From contig CBDCZH010000010.1 of assembly GCA_965224485.1 (NCBI GenBank), forward strand, positions 96,001 to 160,000: a stretch of DNA of 64,000 nt, given 5' to 3'. Shown piece by piece: positions 1 through 11,095 of the stretch (its first letter is position 1; every line of letters begins with the position of its first letter). This stretch comes from Arcobacteraceae bacterium (lineage in GTDB: Bacteria > Campylobacterota > Campylobacteria > Campylobacterales > Arcobacteraceae). A program made the translations under genes and the position numbers. The notes under the pieces were generated by a model. That model was given only the letters and a program-made list of their open reading frames with translations, had not been told where the DNA came from and did no database searches.

Positions 1-87
1 GATTTATTAGAAGGAATTAAAGAGGCTAAACCTGCGTTAATTGCAAAACAATTGTTAGATCTTGAATATACAACTTTGAGTTATTAA
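1..87 (+). CDS. 3' end of an unidentified gene running in from the left edge
   Basis: Open frame DLLEGIKEAKPALIAKQLLDLEYTTLSY* ending at TAA 85-87, followed by a terminator-like hairpin. Confidence 0.45.
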   Translation, partial: DLLEGIKEAKPALIAKQLLDLEYTTLSY

Positions 88-93
88 AGGTAA

Positions 94-125
94 AAAAGTA
101 AGAGTTTTTCTTCTCTCTTACTTTT
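94..125. terminator. Probable bidirectional intrinsic terminator
   Basis: Inverted repeat AAAAGTAAGAG / CTCTTACTTTT between convergent genes. Confidence 0.6.
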
Positions 126-149
126 ACTTTTAATTTTTAATGGGATGGC

Positions 150-2694
150 TTAAAAGCTTTCCCATTCATTATCATTGTTATTTGTAGCAGTTACTACGGA
201 AGTTTTTGCTTTTTGAATCTTGTTTGAAGCTGTACTTGATGTACTGTTTCTTGAAGTTGTTTTAGAAGAAACTCGTTTTTGAACAAAATCTTCTTTACTC
301 AAACCTATAGTTTCTCTTCCTTTATTAGTTTTTACACTTCCTTTTCCAATAAAGTTAGCTTCATTCGCTTCATCAACAATTGCTTTTGCCATACTGCTTG
401 TACTATCTGCAATAGTTGCAGTTTGAGATGCAACGGCTGCATTTTGTTGTGTTCCTTGATCTAAAGTAGTAATTGCATCATTAATTTGCTCAATTCCTGC
501 TTGTTGCTCTTTAGATGAGCTTGCAATATCATTTATTGTTTCTGTTGTTTTTATAATATTTTCATTTAAAATATCATAACCAGCAATCATATCATCAGCA
601 CTTTTTTTACCAAGGTTTGTTTTCGTTGTTGCTGTTTCTACCAAGTCTTTAATCTCTTTAGCAGCTTCAGCACTTCTACTTGCAAGATTTCTTACTTCTT
701 GCGCAACTACTGCAAATCCTTTTCCAGCTTCTCCAGCAGTTGCTGCTTCAACAGCTGCATTAAGTGAAAGAATATTTGTTTGGAAGGCAATTTGATCAAT
801 TACGGTAATTGCATCTGCAATTGATTGTGTTTGTGCATTAATTTCATTCATAGAATTAACAGTAGATAAGGCAAGTTTTTGTCCTTTTTCAATTGATTGT
901 TTTAATTCATTAGAATAATTAGCCATATTTGCAATATTATCTGTTGTATTTATAATAGTACTAGTAATTTCTTCTAAGGCTGCTGCTGTTTCTTCTAAAG
1001 AGGCAGCTTGCGCATTTGAACTTTTACTTAAACTTGTAACATTAGCAGATAAGCTTCCTGCATTTTCTTCTAATGTTGTACCATTTCTTAAATTATCAAG
1101 TAAAAGTTTATTTATGATTGTAGCTAAGTCATTTAAGCCTTTTGATACTCTACCAGTTGGATTTTCAACTTTATGAGTAAAATCAAGTTTAGTAAATTCA
1201 TCAAGCACTTTTGTGATTTTATTAATGTCAGCATCAACATTAGCTTCAATGTTTTCTAACATTTCATTAAAAATAACTTTTAGTTCTTGTAAAGCATCAT
1301 TTTGTGTTGATTTCTCTACTTTATATTTTAAATGACCTTCTTTAACTTTTTCAACCACTCTTTTTACATCATTGATTAATGCTTCATCTTGCTCTATTAG
1401 TGATTTTGTTTTAACAACGTTTTCATTAATAATCTTAGCCATAACACCAATTTCATCATTAGAACTATCATCAAGAGCTTGAATATCTTTATTTTCTTTA
1501 TTAATATATTTAAAAAAAGTTCAATAAACCATCTTGAAAAGTCATAAGAGGTTTAAATATAACTTTATTTGAAATAAATGCCATAACAAATGCAAGAATA
1601 ATCATAATAATAAAAATTATAATTATATTTGTTATTATTGTATCTTTAATATCCTTTTGAGTCTGTTCTTGCATAGCAAGAACTCTTTTTGTAATATCAT
1701 CAACATAAGCACCAGTACCAACTATCCAACCCCACTGCTTGAACTCTTTTACATAAGAAAATTTATTTCTTTTAAGGTCACTTTTTGAATCTTTCCACGT
1801 ATATTTAACTAAACCACCATCTTTTGAATTTTGGCTTACTTTTACCATTTCAACAAAATATGTTTTTCCATTAGCATCTGTAGTATTTTTTAAACTTTTA
1901 CCAATCAAGGCAGTTTTGTAAGGATGCATAAGCATAGTAGGTTCACTATTGTTAACCCAATAATAACCATCTTTTCCATACTTCATATTTGAAATTGCTT
2001 CTAGGGCTTCTTTTTGAAGTTTAGCTGTTACATTTTCAACATATTCTCCAGTTCCAATAACCCAATTATATGGTTTAAATAATTTGACAAAAGAGATTTT
2101 TGGATGAATTCCTGAGACATTTGGTTTGCTCCATAAATAATCAACTAAACCTTCGCCTTGTCTTTTAGCTACTTGTGCAAACTCATAAAATAGTTTTTTT
2201 CCAGCTTTATCTTCTAAGTTTGATAAATCTTTTCCATCTAAACTTGGTTTTAAAGGATGCATAATCATTTTTGCATTAGTATCATTTATCCAAAAATAAC
2301 CAGAATTTCCATATCTTGTATTTTTAACTATACTTTTTAATAATTCTTGTAATTCGTCATCTGGCATAATTCCATTATACTTATCATACTCACCTTGTAT
2401 AATTGAAAATATAAAACCAGTTTGTTCTTTTAACTTTGACTCTACTTCGTGTTTAACTTTCTCTTTTGACGTTCTGTCATAATAAGATTCTATAGTTTTC
2501 ATTGCAAGAGAGATATAATTCTTCAATTCTACTTCTTTTGTATGATAAGCATCATCTTCAAACTGTTTAATTATAATCTCAGATGTTGATTTCAATGAAA
2601 AAACAGATTGTGTTAGCATTACTACTGATACAACCATGATAGAACTTATTACAATAGTAAGAAGTTTGGCTTTTATAGAAATTGATTTAAACAT
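150..2694 (-). pseudogene. Methyl-accepting chemotaxis protein with tandem Cache sensor domains, split by a +1 frameshift at an A7 tract (1512-1518)
   Basis: ORF 1510-2739 has TM, two Cache repeats (GYFWIND..MIMHP, GYYWVNN..MLMHP) and TM. ORF 150-1442 has the MCP signalling motif [34 protein letters not shown] and C-terminal EWESF. Removing one base gives [31 protein letters not shown]. Likely start 2694 after a GGAG RBS. Confidence 0.85.
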
Positions 2695-2823
2695 TTCATT
2701 CTCCTGTGAATTTTTTTTGTATTTAATCATATTTGTCATAAAAGTAAAATAAAGAGTTACTAAAATAAGAAATATATTAAAATATTGATATTAGATTAAA
2801 ACATTAATAAAATAAGAAAATAA

Positions 2824-3192
2824 TTAATTATTTAATCTAGTTGAATTGTTTAAAAGAAAACTCTTATGTAAGGAGATACTATTTTTTTCATTCTTAGAGC
2901 TTACAAACAGATGAACTTGGGCTATTTTGTACTTATTACAGTTATATTCTAAGTTTGCAGTAATGAAAAAATTATCATCATATATTTCTATGTTCTTATA
3001 ACAAATACTTTCTAGTTTCAAACTTCTTATGTAAGAATCTAAAAAAGAAAGATGTAAGTTAGCTTGATTATAAAGATAATTGTTTTGATTGTTAAATGTA
3101 CCTATTGCTTTTGTTTGAAAGATAAAACTTAAATTATACATAAAAATAAAGATTAAAAAGAAAGTAAGAAGTAGGGCATAGGCTTTTTTCAT
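2824..3192 (-). CDS. Pseudopilin-like / type II secretion-associated small protein
   Basis: MKKAYALLLTFFLIFIF N-terminus; last of three overlapping prepilin-like genes. Confidence 0.55.
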   Translation of the reverse strand: MKKAYALLLTFFLIFIFMYNLSFIFQTKAIGTFNNQNNYLYNQANLHLSFLDSYIRSLKLESICYKNIEIYDDNFFITANLEYNCNKYKIAQVHLFVSSKNEKNSISLHKSFLLNNSTRLNN

Positions 3193-3569
3193 AAGCAGAA
3201 AACTAATTTTTGGCAAATTTTTTCTAAGCAAATATCTATTTTTAATGTAGCGTTTTTTTTAATAATAAACGAATTTACATTCTGCAAAAGAATTGTTTTA
3301 TTAAAATAAAGGGTTCTTTCTTCTAGATATATTTGATTTTTATCTAAAAGTATTTTATTATTTGAAATATTTATTTGCTTTGAATATTCTATTTTTTTTA
3401 TAATATAAATATTAAAACTTAATATATCAATTTTTTCTAACTCTTTAAGCAAATTATTTTTATTAAGTTCAAGGTTTTTATTAAAAAATATTATCAAAAA
3501 AGTCATAAGTATTGACATTATAGTAATTGATACAATTAGCTCAAGTAAAGAAAATGCTTTAATTTTCAT
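3189..3569 (-). CDS. Prepilin-type N-terminal cleavage/methylation domain protein
   Basis: KAFSLLELIVSITI class III signal motif. Confidence 0.75.
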   Translation of the reverse strand: MKIKAFSLLELIVSITIMSILMTFLIIFFNKNLELNKNNLLKELEKIDILSFNIYIIKKIEYSKQINISNNKILLDKNQIYLEERTLYFNKTILLQNVNSFIIKKNATLKIDICLEKICQKLVFCL

Positions 3570-3864
3570 ATTTGTACAACTTAATATTTTTATTTTTATA
3601 TTCTATTTTTTTTACATATAAATTTTTTTTTAAGGATTTGTTAATCTCTAAAGAGAGTGTTTTAGTTTTTTTTGTAAAATTTGTTTTGTAGTTTTTTTCA
3701 TTAAAGTCATTGTTGGCTTTTATAATTTGTTTAAATCTTATATCTGGGATATTAGTATAAGTTAGTTTTAAAAAAGAGCTTACAACTATACTTAGTATTA
3801 AAACACTAAGTATAGTTTCAAGTAGTATAAAACTACTCTTTTGATAAATCAACTGCTTTGGCAT
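3559..3864 (-). CDS. Pseudopilin-like protein
   Basis: SSFILLETILSVLILSIV prepilin-like motif; overlaps proC and the next gene. Confidence 0.6.
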   Translation of the reverse strand: MPKQLIYQKSSFILLETILSVLILSIVVSSFLKLTYTNIPDIRFKQIIKANNDFNEKNYKTNFTKKTKTLSLEINKSLKKNLYVKKIEYKNKNIKLYKYEN

Positions 3865-4597
3865 GAGCTTTTTCTATTGCTTTAATAAAAGCAGATCTTG
3901 TTCCAGCTTCTTCTAAAACTGCATAACCTTGTGCTGTTGTTCCACCTGGACTCATAACAGCATCTTTTATTTGTGAAGCTGTATTATTTTGCAATAAAGA
4001 AGCAGTACTTTCAAATAAACCTTGAACTAAAACAGAACTATGATGTCTTTCTAATCCAGCTTTTACTGCACCATCACATAGAGCTTCAGCAACCAGAGCT
4101 AAAAAAGCAGGCCCACTCCCAGCAACAGCTGTTGCAATATCAAGTTGTTTTTCTGTATTAACCCAAATTGTTTTACCTAAAGCATTAAATAACTCAAGCG
4201 CTAAAGTTTTAGCTTCTTTATCTCCTGTAATTGTAGTCATAGACTTTTGGTTAGAAGCGGCTATATTTGGCATTGTTCTTACATAATGTGTTGCTTTAAT
4301 ATTTTTCTTAAGTGTTTCAAGATTAGTTCCTGCTAAAATTGATAAAAAGACCTTAGCTGTACCTATAAGTCTAACTGCAACACTTTGTAAAGCATAAGGT
4401 TTTACACAAAAGATAATTATTTTATCACTTATATCTTCTTTATCCGACATAACCTTAATACTTACATCAGGTAATTCTTCTTTTAGCTTTTTTAAGCTGC
4501 TCTCATCTCTTCCTATTACTTCAATATCATAAGTTTTACTTAAACCTTTAGCTAAAGATTTAGCCATCATTCCATTCCCAATTAAAGTCAACTTCAT
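3833..4597 (-). CDS. proC: Pyrroline-5-carboxylate reductase
   Basis: IGNGMMA Rossmann start, RTMPN, AVAGSGPAF, VMSPGGTT motifs. Confidence 0.95.
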   Translation of the reverse strand: MKLTLIGNGMMAKSLAKGLSKTYDIEVIGRDESSLKKLKEELPDVSIKVMSDKEDISDKIIIFCVKPYALQSVAVRLIGTAKVFLSILAGTNLETLKKNIKATHYVRTMPNIAASNQKSMTTITGDKEAKTLALELFNALGKTIWVNTEKQLDIATAVAGSGPAFLALVAEALCDGAVKAGLERHHSSVLVQGLFESTASLLQNNTASQIKDAVMSPGGTTAQGYAVLEEAGTRSAFIKAIEKAHAKAVDLSKE

Positions 4598-4706
4598 TTT
4601 TATAGCCTTTTTATTTATATGAAATATTTTGTATTAACAGATTATAGCAAATAATTCCTAAGCTAGTATTAGATAATATGTTATCTTTAATTATTAAGGA
4701 CTAAAT

Positions 4707-5366
4707 ATGAAAAAAACTATTAGAAATATAGTTAATATGTTGCTGCTTTCGGGTTTTGCATTATTTATTATCTCTTGTTCTTCTAAACAAGAGAATCAAG
4801 AGTATAATCAGCCAGCACTTTACTGGTACAATAAGATGATTAAACAAGTTTCAAATGGTTATATTGATCAAGCAGATGATACTTTTTTATCTCTTCAAAG
4901 TGAGCATAAAAACTCTCCTTTATTAGCAACTTCAATGCAAATAATGGCTAAAGCTCATATAAATGAAGAAGAGTATGAGTTGGCAAATTATTATTTAGAT
5001 GAATATACTAAAAAATTTGCTTTAAGTAAAAATATTGATTACATAAGATATCTAAAAATTAAAGCTAACTTTTTGTCTTTTCAATACCAAAATAGAGAAC
5101 AAGAGTTAATTATTTCAACAATTAAAGATATTAATGAATTTACTAAAAGATATCCAAATTCTGCATATCTAGCTTTAGTTGATACAATTAACGGACGTTT
5201 ATCAATGTCCAAAGCTTTATTAGATCAAGAAATCTCTTCTTTATATGAAAGAATTGATAAACCAAAAGCGGCAGAATTTTATATGAAAAAAGTAAAAGAG
5301 AATTGGGTAGAACCAAAAGAAATACAAAAAGTTTCTGTACCTTGGTATAGAAGTATTTTTGAATAA
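4707..5366 (+). CDS. bamD: Outer membrane protein assembly factor BamD (ComL-like lipoprotein)
   Basis: Lipobox IISC, TPR-like helical content, RYPNS motif, directly upstream of lon. Confidence 0.8.
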   Translation: MKKTIRNIVNMLLLSGFALFIISCSSKQENQEYNQPALYWYNKMIKQVSNGYIDQADDTFLSLQSEHKNSPLLATSMQIMAKAHINEEEYELANYYLDEYTKKFALSKNIDYIRYLKIKANFLSFQYQNREQELIISTIKDINEFTKRYPNSAYLALVDTINGRLSMSKALLDQEISSLYERIDKPKAAEFYMKKVKENWVEPKEIQKVSVPWYRSIFE

Positions 5367-5383
5367 ACAAGGAGTTTAGCTCA

Positions 5384-7804
5384 ATGGAATTAACTAATTA
5401 TGATGCTTTTCCACAAGATATACCATTAATCGTTGAAGATGAAATATTCTTATACCCATTTATGATTGCACCGCTTTTTTTAAGTGATGAAACAAATATT
5501 AAAGCAGTAGAAGATGCAATAAATAATAATAAATTAGTAATTGTAGCTGTTAGTAAGATGGGTAAAGAAGGTGAAAAAAGAGATAGTGAAAACTTTTATG
5601 ATGTAGGTGTAATTGGAAATATTATGCGAAAAGTTTCTTTACCTGATGGTAAGATAAAAGTTCTTTTTCAAGGTTTAGCAAAGGGTAAAATTTCAAAACT
5701 AATAAATGATAATCCTGTATATGCAAATGTTGAAATTTTAGAAGCTAAAAAATATGATGAAGAAACTATTAAATCAATTATAAATGTTCTAAGAGATCAT
5801 GTTAAAAAATTATCAAAAATAAATTCAAAGTTTCCAGTTGATTTAATTAAAACAATTGATGAAAACAATGATGCTGTTAGAATTTCTGATTTAATATCTT
5901 CTGTTTTAAGAGTTGAAAAAGATGAAGCGTATAAACTTTTTGCCCAAGAAGATATAGAACAAAGATTATATAACTTAATTGAAACTATTAAAAAAGAGAT
6001 TGAAAGCTTTAAAATTCAAAAAGAAATTACTCAAAAAGTAAATTCGAAAATTGAAAAAACTCATAAAGATTATTTTTTAAAAGAGCAAATAAAAGCTTTA
6101 CAAAAAGAACTTGGAACTGATAATAAAAAAGAAGAAGAGATTAAGTCTTATAAAAAGAAACTTAAGAAACTAAAAGCCTATATGCCTAAAGATGGTTATA
6201 AAGAGACTAAAAAACAAATTGAGAAGTTCTCACGAATGCATCAAGATTCTCCAGATGCTTCTTTATTACAAACGTATATAGAACAAGTTTTAGATGTTCC
6301 TTTTGGTAAATTTTGTGATGATAAAATTTCAATAATTAATGTTGAAGAGCAGCTAAATAAAGACCATTATTCTTTATGCAAAGCAAAAGAGAGAATAGTT
6401 GAATATTTTGCAGTTAAAGAATTATTAGAAAAAAGAGATATTAAATCTTTTAAAGCAAAAGGAACTGTTTTATGTTTTGTAGGACCTCCTGGTGTTGGTA
6501 AAACTTCACTTGCTAACTCTATTGCTAAAGCTTTAAAGAGAGAACTAGTTCGTATTGCTTTGGGTGGAATGGAAGATGTAAATGAGTTAAGAGGACATAG
6601 AAGAACTTATGTAGGAGCAATGCCTGGAAGATTAGTAAATGGTCTAATTGATGCAAAATCTATGAATCCTGTTATTGTTTTAGATGAAATTGATAAAGTA
6701 GGCTCAAATCATAGAGGTGATCCAAGCGCAGTAATGTTAGAGATTTTAGATCCAGAGCAAAATAATGAATTTAGAGATTTATATTTAAACTTTGCTATTG
6801 ATTTATCGCAAGTTATTTTTGTAGCAACTGCAAATGATGCTAGAAGAATACCACCAGCTCTAAAAGATAGAATGGAGTTTATTGAAATATCTTCTTATAC
6901 TCCAAATGAAAAGTATCATATTGCACATGATTATTTAATACCTCAAGAGTTAGAAAAACATGGTTTAAAAAAATCAGAAGTATCTTTATCAAAAGCTACT
7001 GTTGAAGCAATTATCTCTAAGTATACAAGAGAAGCTGGAGTGCGAAATTTAAGAAGAGTATTCTCTAAATTATTTAGAAAATCTGTTAAAAAAATTGTAA
7101 GTGATCCAAGCTTAGAAAAAGTTTCTATAAGTACAAAAAACTTAAAACAATACTTAGATAATCCAATTTTTGAAATAGATCCAGCTGATAAGAAAAACTC
7201 AATAGGAATTGCTAATGGTTTAGCTTGGACTGCTGTTGGTGGAGATGTTTTAAAAATTGAAGCTATTAAAATCAAGGGTAAGGGAAATTTAAGTGTAACT
7301 GGTAACTTAGGTGATGTAATGAAAGAATCATCAAGGTTATCTTTTTCAGTTATAAAAGTACTAATAGATAATAAAAAATTAAAAATCGATGAAAAATCTA
7401 TTCCTTTAAGTATAAAAGAAAAAGATGAAAAAGTTAAGTTAGAAGCTAGTGAAATATATAAAAGATTTGACATTCACTTGCATATTCCAGAAGGTGCAAC
7501 TCCTAAAGATGGACCTAGTGCTGGTATTACTATGGCTTTAACTATTGCTTCTATTTTATCAAATAGAGAAATTATTTCTGATATGGCAATGACAGGTGAG
7601 TTGACGTTAACTGGTAAAGTATTGCCAATTGGTGGATTAAAAGAGAAGTTAATAGCTGCTTATAAAGCTAAAATGACAAAAGTTTTAGTTCCAAGAAAAA
7701 ATTATGAACGTGATTTAGAAGATATCCCTTATGAAGTTAAAAAAGCATTAGAGTTTGTAGCTGTTGATACAATTGATGATGTTATAAAAGAAGCTTTGGT
7801 ATAA
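5384..7804 (+). CDS. lon: ATP-dependent protease La
   Basis: GPPGVGKTS Walker A, RGHRRTYVGAMPG, PKDGPSAG catalytic Ser, PIGGLKEK. Confidence 0.97.
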   Translation: MELTNYDAFPQDIPLIVEDEIFLYPFMIAPLFLSDETNIKAVEDAINNNKLVIVAVSKMGKEGEKRDSENFYDVGVIGNIMRKVSLPDGKIKVLFQGLAKGKISKLINDNPVYANVEILEAKKYDEETIKSIINVLRDHVKKLSKINSKFPVDLIKTIDENNDAVRISDLISSVLRVEKDEAYKLFAQEDIEQRLYNLIETIKKEIESFKIQKEITQKVNSKIEKTHKDYFLKEQIKALQKELGTDNKKEEEIKSYKKKLKKLKAYMPKDGYKETKKQIEKFSRMHQDSPDASLLQTYIEQVLDVPFGKFCDDKISIINVEEQLNKDHYSLCKAKERIVEYFAVKELLEKRDIKSFKAKGTVLCFVGPPGVGKTSLANSIAKALKRELVRIALGGMEDVNELRGHRRTYVGAMPGRLVNGLIDAKSMNPVIVLDEIDKVGSNHRGDPSAVMLEILDPEQNNEFRDLYLNFAIDLSQVIFVATANDARRIPPALKDRMEFIEISSYTPNEKYHIAHDYLIPQELEKHGLKKSEVSLSKATVEAIISKYTREAGVRNLRRVFSKLFRKSVKKIVSDPSLEKVSISTKNLKQYLDNPIFEIDPADKKNSIGIANGLAWTAVGGDVLKIEAIKIKGKGNLSVTGNLGDVMKESSRLSFSVIKVLIDNKKLKIDEKSIPLSIKEKDEKVKLEASEIYKRFDIHLHIPEGATPKDGPSAGITMALTIASILSNREIISDMAMTGELTLTGKVLPIGGLKEKLIAAYKAKMTKVLVPRKNYERDLEDIPYEVKKALEFVAVDTIDDVIKEALV

Positions 7805-7805
7805 A

Positions 7806-8375
7806 ATGCGCTCACAAAGACGACAAAGTCAAGTAATTAACAATTTCTTTACTTTTGTCACTATTGTTATGATTTCCATTGTATTAGTTTTATACATAAA
7901 ATATGGACCAAAAGAAAAAAGAGTTAATTCAAAACTTAGCTGTCAAGAACTTACACAAACAAGTGATAAAATTTTTGATGAAGAACTTTTAAAAAAAGCA
8001 TATCTTCTTTTACAAAAAGGAAATTATGAAATTAATGGAGGTTTTATAAAACCTAAATTTGGAAAGTTCTTTTTAAAAGATGAAATTTCACTTCTTCAAG
8101 CAGATGAAAAATTTGTAAATAGTATAAATATTAAACAAAAAAATAGTGAAATATTTTTAAATATAAAATATGAAATTATAGAAAATGATAAAAATGATCC
8201 TCGAAAGAAAGATGAATATTGTAAGCTTCATGCAGGAAGTTTACAAACATCTTTTAGAATTCAAGGAAAAGAAGCTTTTAGAGTTTATACTGACTTTTTA
8301 ACTTATGATAAAAAAGAGATAGAAGAAAAAATATCTTGTAGTATAAAAGCCTTTAAATACAATGGAAAGAACTAA
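7806..8375 (+). CDS. Hypothetical membrane-anchored protein
   Basis: 189 aa ORF with N-terminal TM, coupled to lon and the rhomboid gene. Confidence 0.7.
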   Translation: MRSQRRQSQVINNFFTFVTIVMISIVLVLYIKYGPKEKRVNSKLSCQELTQTSDKIFDEELLKKAYLLLQKGNYEINGGFIKPKFGKFFLKDEISLLQADEKFVNSINIKQKNSEIFLNIKYEIIENDKNDPRKKDEYCKLHAGSLQTSFRIQGKEAFRVYTDFLTYDKKEIEEKISCSIKAFKYNGKN

Positions 8376-8902
8376 TGGTAAAAAATAATATAACACTAAG
8401 TAATATAATAATAGCACTTACCGTATTAATGTATATTGTTCAAATAAATATAACTAATGGGTCAATTTATTTAGGACTGAATAGATATTTTTTAGATGCA
8501 TCTTTTTATTGGCAACCCCTTTCTTCAATGTTTACCCATGGAGGAATAGGACATTTAGGTATGAATATGTTTGTTTTATATCAATTTGGTAATTTGATTG
8601 AAAAATATGCAGGAGTTAAAACCTTATTCTTTCTATATTTTATAGGTGGATTATTTACTTCAGTTGCTAGTTTTTATGTAATGCAACTTTTAGAATTAAA
8701 TGCAAATCTAGTTGGAGCTTCTGGTGCTTTATGTGTTCTTTTAGGATACGTAGCGCTAAAAGATGTAACTCAGCGAAAAGGAATAATTACTTGGGTTTTA
8801 CTAATCTCTGTAGCCCCACTTATAATAGGACTACCAATAGCTTGGTATGCGCACTTTTTAGGACTATTTTTTGGTTTTTTATTAGGTAAGTTTATTAGAT
8901 AA
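8375..8902 (+). CDS. Rhomboid family intramembrane serine protease
   Basis: H-GIGHLGMNM, GASG catalytic motif, AH-LG. Confidence 0.9.
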   Translation: MVKNNITLSNIIIALTVLMYIVQINITNGSIYLGLNRYFLDASFYWQPLSSMFTHGGIGHLGMNMFVLYQFGNLIEKYAGVKTLFFLYFIGGLFTSVASFYVMQLLELNANLVGASGALCVLLGYVALKDVTQRKGIITWVLLISVAPLIIGLPIAWYAHFLGLFFGFLLGKFIR

Positions 8903-9628
8903 TTAAATATTAGATATTTTATCATTAGATAAAATTATCTTGTGTTTATACATATCTGCTTTTATTAATATGTCAGAATATTCAACTTCTTGATTATGTT
9001 TGTCATATGATAATCTATGTAAAGATAATAAAGCATCTCTTACTTTAATATTTAATTTCGCTGCTTCTTCTTTATTCGCATTTTTAGCTTCTACTGTTTC
9101 ATCTGCATTATAAAATTCAATTCTATATTCATCTTTTAAAAAAGTGTATAAAGATTCAATATTAAACTTTTCTTCTATTTTTGGTACTCTTGAATAATCT
9201 AAATAGTTTAACATCAGTGCAAAAGGTATATTATTTAAAAACCTAGTTCTTTTTATGCATAATAATTTTTCACATTTTAGTAAATCTTTTACATAATGCT
9301 CCCCTTGAATTATTTCAAAACTAAGTGATCTTGTACTTAATATATCATTTTGTTTCTCTAACCTTTGTGTCAAGGAACCAATTGCATTTGCATCATAAAG
9401 AATTTTTATTTCTTTTACAAAAGTGCCTCTTCCTTGCTTTTTAAAAACAATATCTTCTTTAACCAACTCTTCAATAGCTTTACGTACAGTAATTCTGCTT
9501 ACTTCATAAACTTTTTCTATTTTAAGCTCAGCTGGAATAATATCTCCTACTTGGTAATTCTCTTTGATATCTTTTAATAATTTTTCTTTAAGTTGTATAT
9601 ATAATGGAATTCCATTTTTCTTAAACAA
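8903..9628 (-). CDS. GntR family (HutC/UTRA) transcriptional regulator
   Basis: PLYIQL..VSRITVRKAI..QGRGTFV wHTH plus UTRA-length C-terminus; TTG start. Confidence 0.92.
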   Translation of the reverse strand: MFKKNGIPLYIQLKEKLLKDIKENYQVGDIIPAELKIEKVYEVSRITVRKAIEELVKEDIVFKKQGRGTFVKEIKILYDANAIGSLTQRLEKQNDILSTRSLSFEIIQGEHYVKDLLKCEKLLCIKRTRFLNNIPFALMLNYLDYSRVPKIEEKFNIESLYTFLKDEYRIEFYNADETVEAKNANKEEAAKLNIKVRDALLSLHRLSYDKHNQEVEYSDILIKADMYKHKIILSNDKISNI

Positions 9629-9975
9629 GTTATAATTCCTTCTTCTTCTTCTTAATAATGGGGAAAGAAGTGTTTTTTATGATATAGTAGTTCACAGTAA
9701 CTCTATTTTATTGACGAGTTACCCAAGTATAGTACATTTTTAAGTTTTAAATAATCCTTAAAATCACTTATAGATACTATATTGGTTTTTTAATTATTAA
9801 ATAAATTTGTAACTACTTTGTAATTTTTTTAATATACAATCTTTTAATTTTATAATAATAATTAATATTATTGTATTTCTACATGAAAATTATGTTTTGA
9901 TTTATCGCAATATACAGTACTCTTTAAAAATAAAGAAGAACCCTTGAAATATCGTATTTTAACATTGGAGAAAAC

Positions 9976-11040
9976 ATGAAAAAGACTTTTTTAGTAAGTA
10001 CATCGTTAGTTATATCACTTTTTGCTACGAGTTTATTAGCCCAAGACACCTTAAAAATATTGACTTGGAAAGGTTATGCGCCAAAAGCATTAGTTGAAAA
10101 ATTTGAGAAACAAACAGGAATAAAAGTTAAATTAACTTATTCAAATAATGAAGAAATGATCGCAAAATTAAGAGCAACAAGAGGAGCTGGTTTTGATTTA
10201 GTTCAACCCTCTCAAGACAGGATATCATCTGTTCAAGCTAAATATAAAATATATAAAGCTATTGATTATTCAAAAATCAATGAAAAACAAATTATTCCTT
10301 CTATGTTAGCTGCGGTTAAGAAAAATACTAAAGTAAATGGTAAGTCTTATGGAGTTCCTTTTAATTATGGAACATCAGGATTAATAGTAAATACGAAAAT
10401 GGCACCAAACGTAAAAGATTATGATGCTTTATTAGACAAACAATACTCAGGAAAAATTTCATATAGATTAAAAAGACCAACTCTTATCGCTATTGCTTTA
10501 TCAAAAGATGAAGATCCTTTTTCAAAATATTCAAATGCAAAAGAATATAAAAAAGTTATGGAAGATTCTGCAAAGGCGTTAATTAAAGCAAAAGTACATG
10601 TAAAAACATATTATGCAAATGGAGACGCTTTATTACAACTTTTAAGAAGTAAAGAAGTATATGTTGCAATGGGTTGGGATAATGGAGGTTGGAAACTTCA
10701 TAAAGAAAATAAAGATATTGATTTTATTGCTCCTAAAAGTGGTGCTCTAGGTTGGATTGATACTTTTGCTATTCCTGCAAAAGCTAAAAATGTAGAAGCA
10801 GCTTATGCGTGGATTAACTTTATGTTAGAAGCTAAAAATGCAGCTTATTTCACAAATAAAGAGAGTTATGCTACTGCTTCAAATGGTGCAAGTGTATATT
10901 TAAATAAAGAAATTAAAGATAACTTTTCTAGATCATTTTCAAAAGCTGATATTGATAATATAAATTGGTATCCACCAGTACCAGCGAAATTAGAAAAAAT
11001 TGAAGGAAAACTTTTAGATAAAATAAAAGCTTCAAGATAA
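9976..11040 (+). CDS. ABC transporter substrate-binding protein, PotD/PotF-like
   Basis: Signal peptide, LTWKGY, FEKQTGIKV, SNNEEM, WIDTFAIP. Confidence 0.88.
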   Translation: MKKTFLVSTSLVISLFATSLLAQDTLKILTWKGYAPKALVEKFEKQTGIKVKLTYSNNEEMIAKLRATRGAGFDLVQPSQDRISSVQAKYKIYKAIDYSKINEKQIIPSMLAAVKKNTKVNGKSYGVPFNYGTSGLIVNTKMAPNVKDYDALLDKQYSGKISYRLKRPTLIAIALSKDEDPFSKYSNAKEYKKVMEDSAKALIKAKVHVKTYYANGDALLQLLRSKEVYVAMGWDNGGWKLHKENKDIDFIAPKSGALGWIDTFAIPAKAKNVEAAYAWINFMLEAKNAAYFTNKESYATASNGASVYLNKEIKDNFSRSFSKADIDNINWYPPVPAKLEKIEGKLLDKIKASR

Positions 11041-11095
11041 ATATATGGGGATATCCCATATATTGATAAGACTTTGTTATAAATTAAGGAAATAG

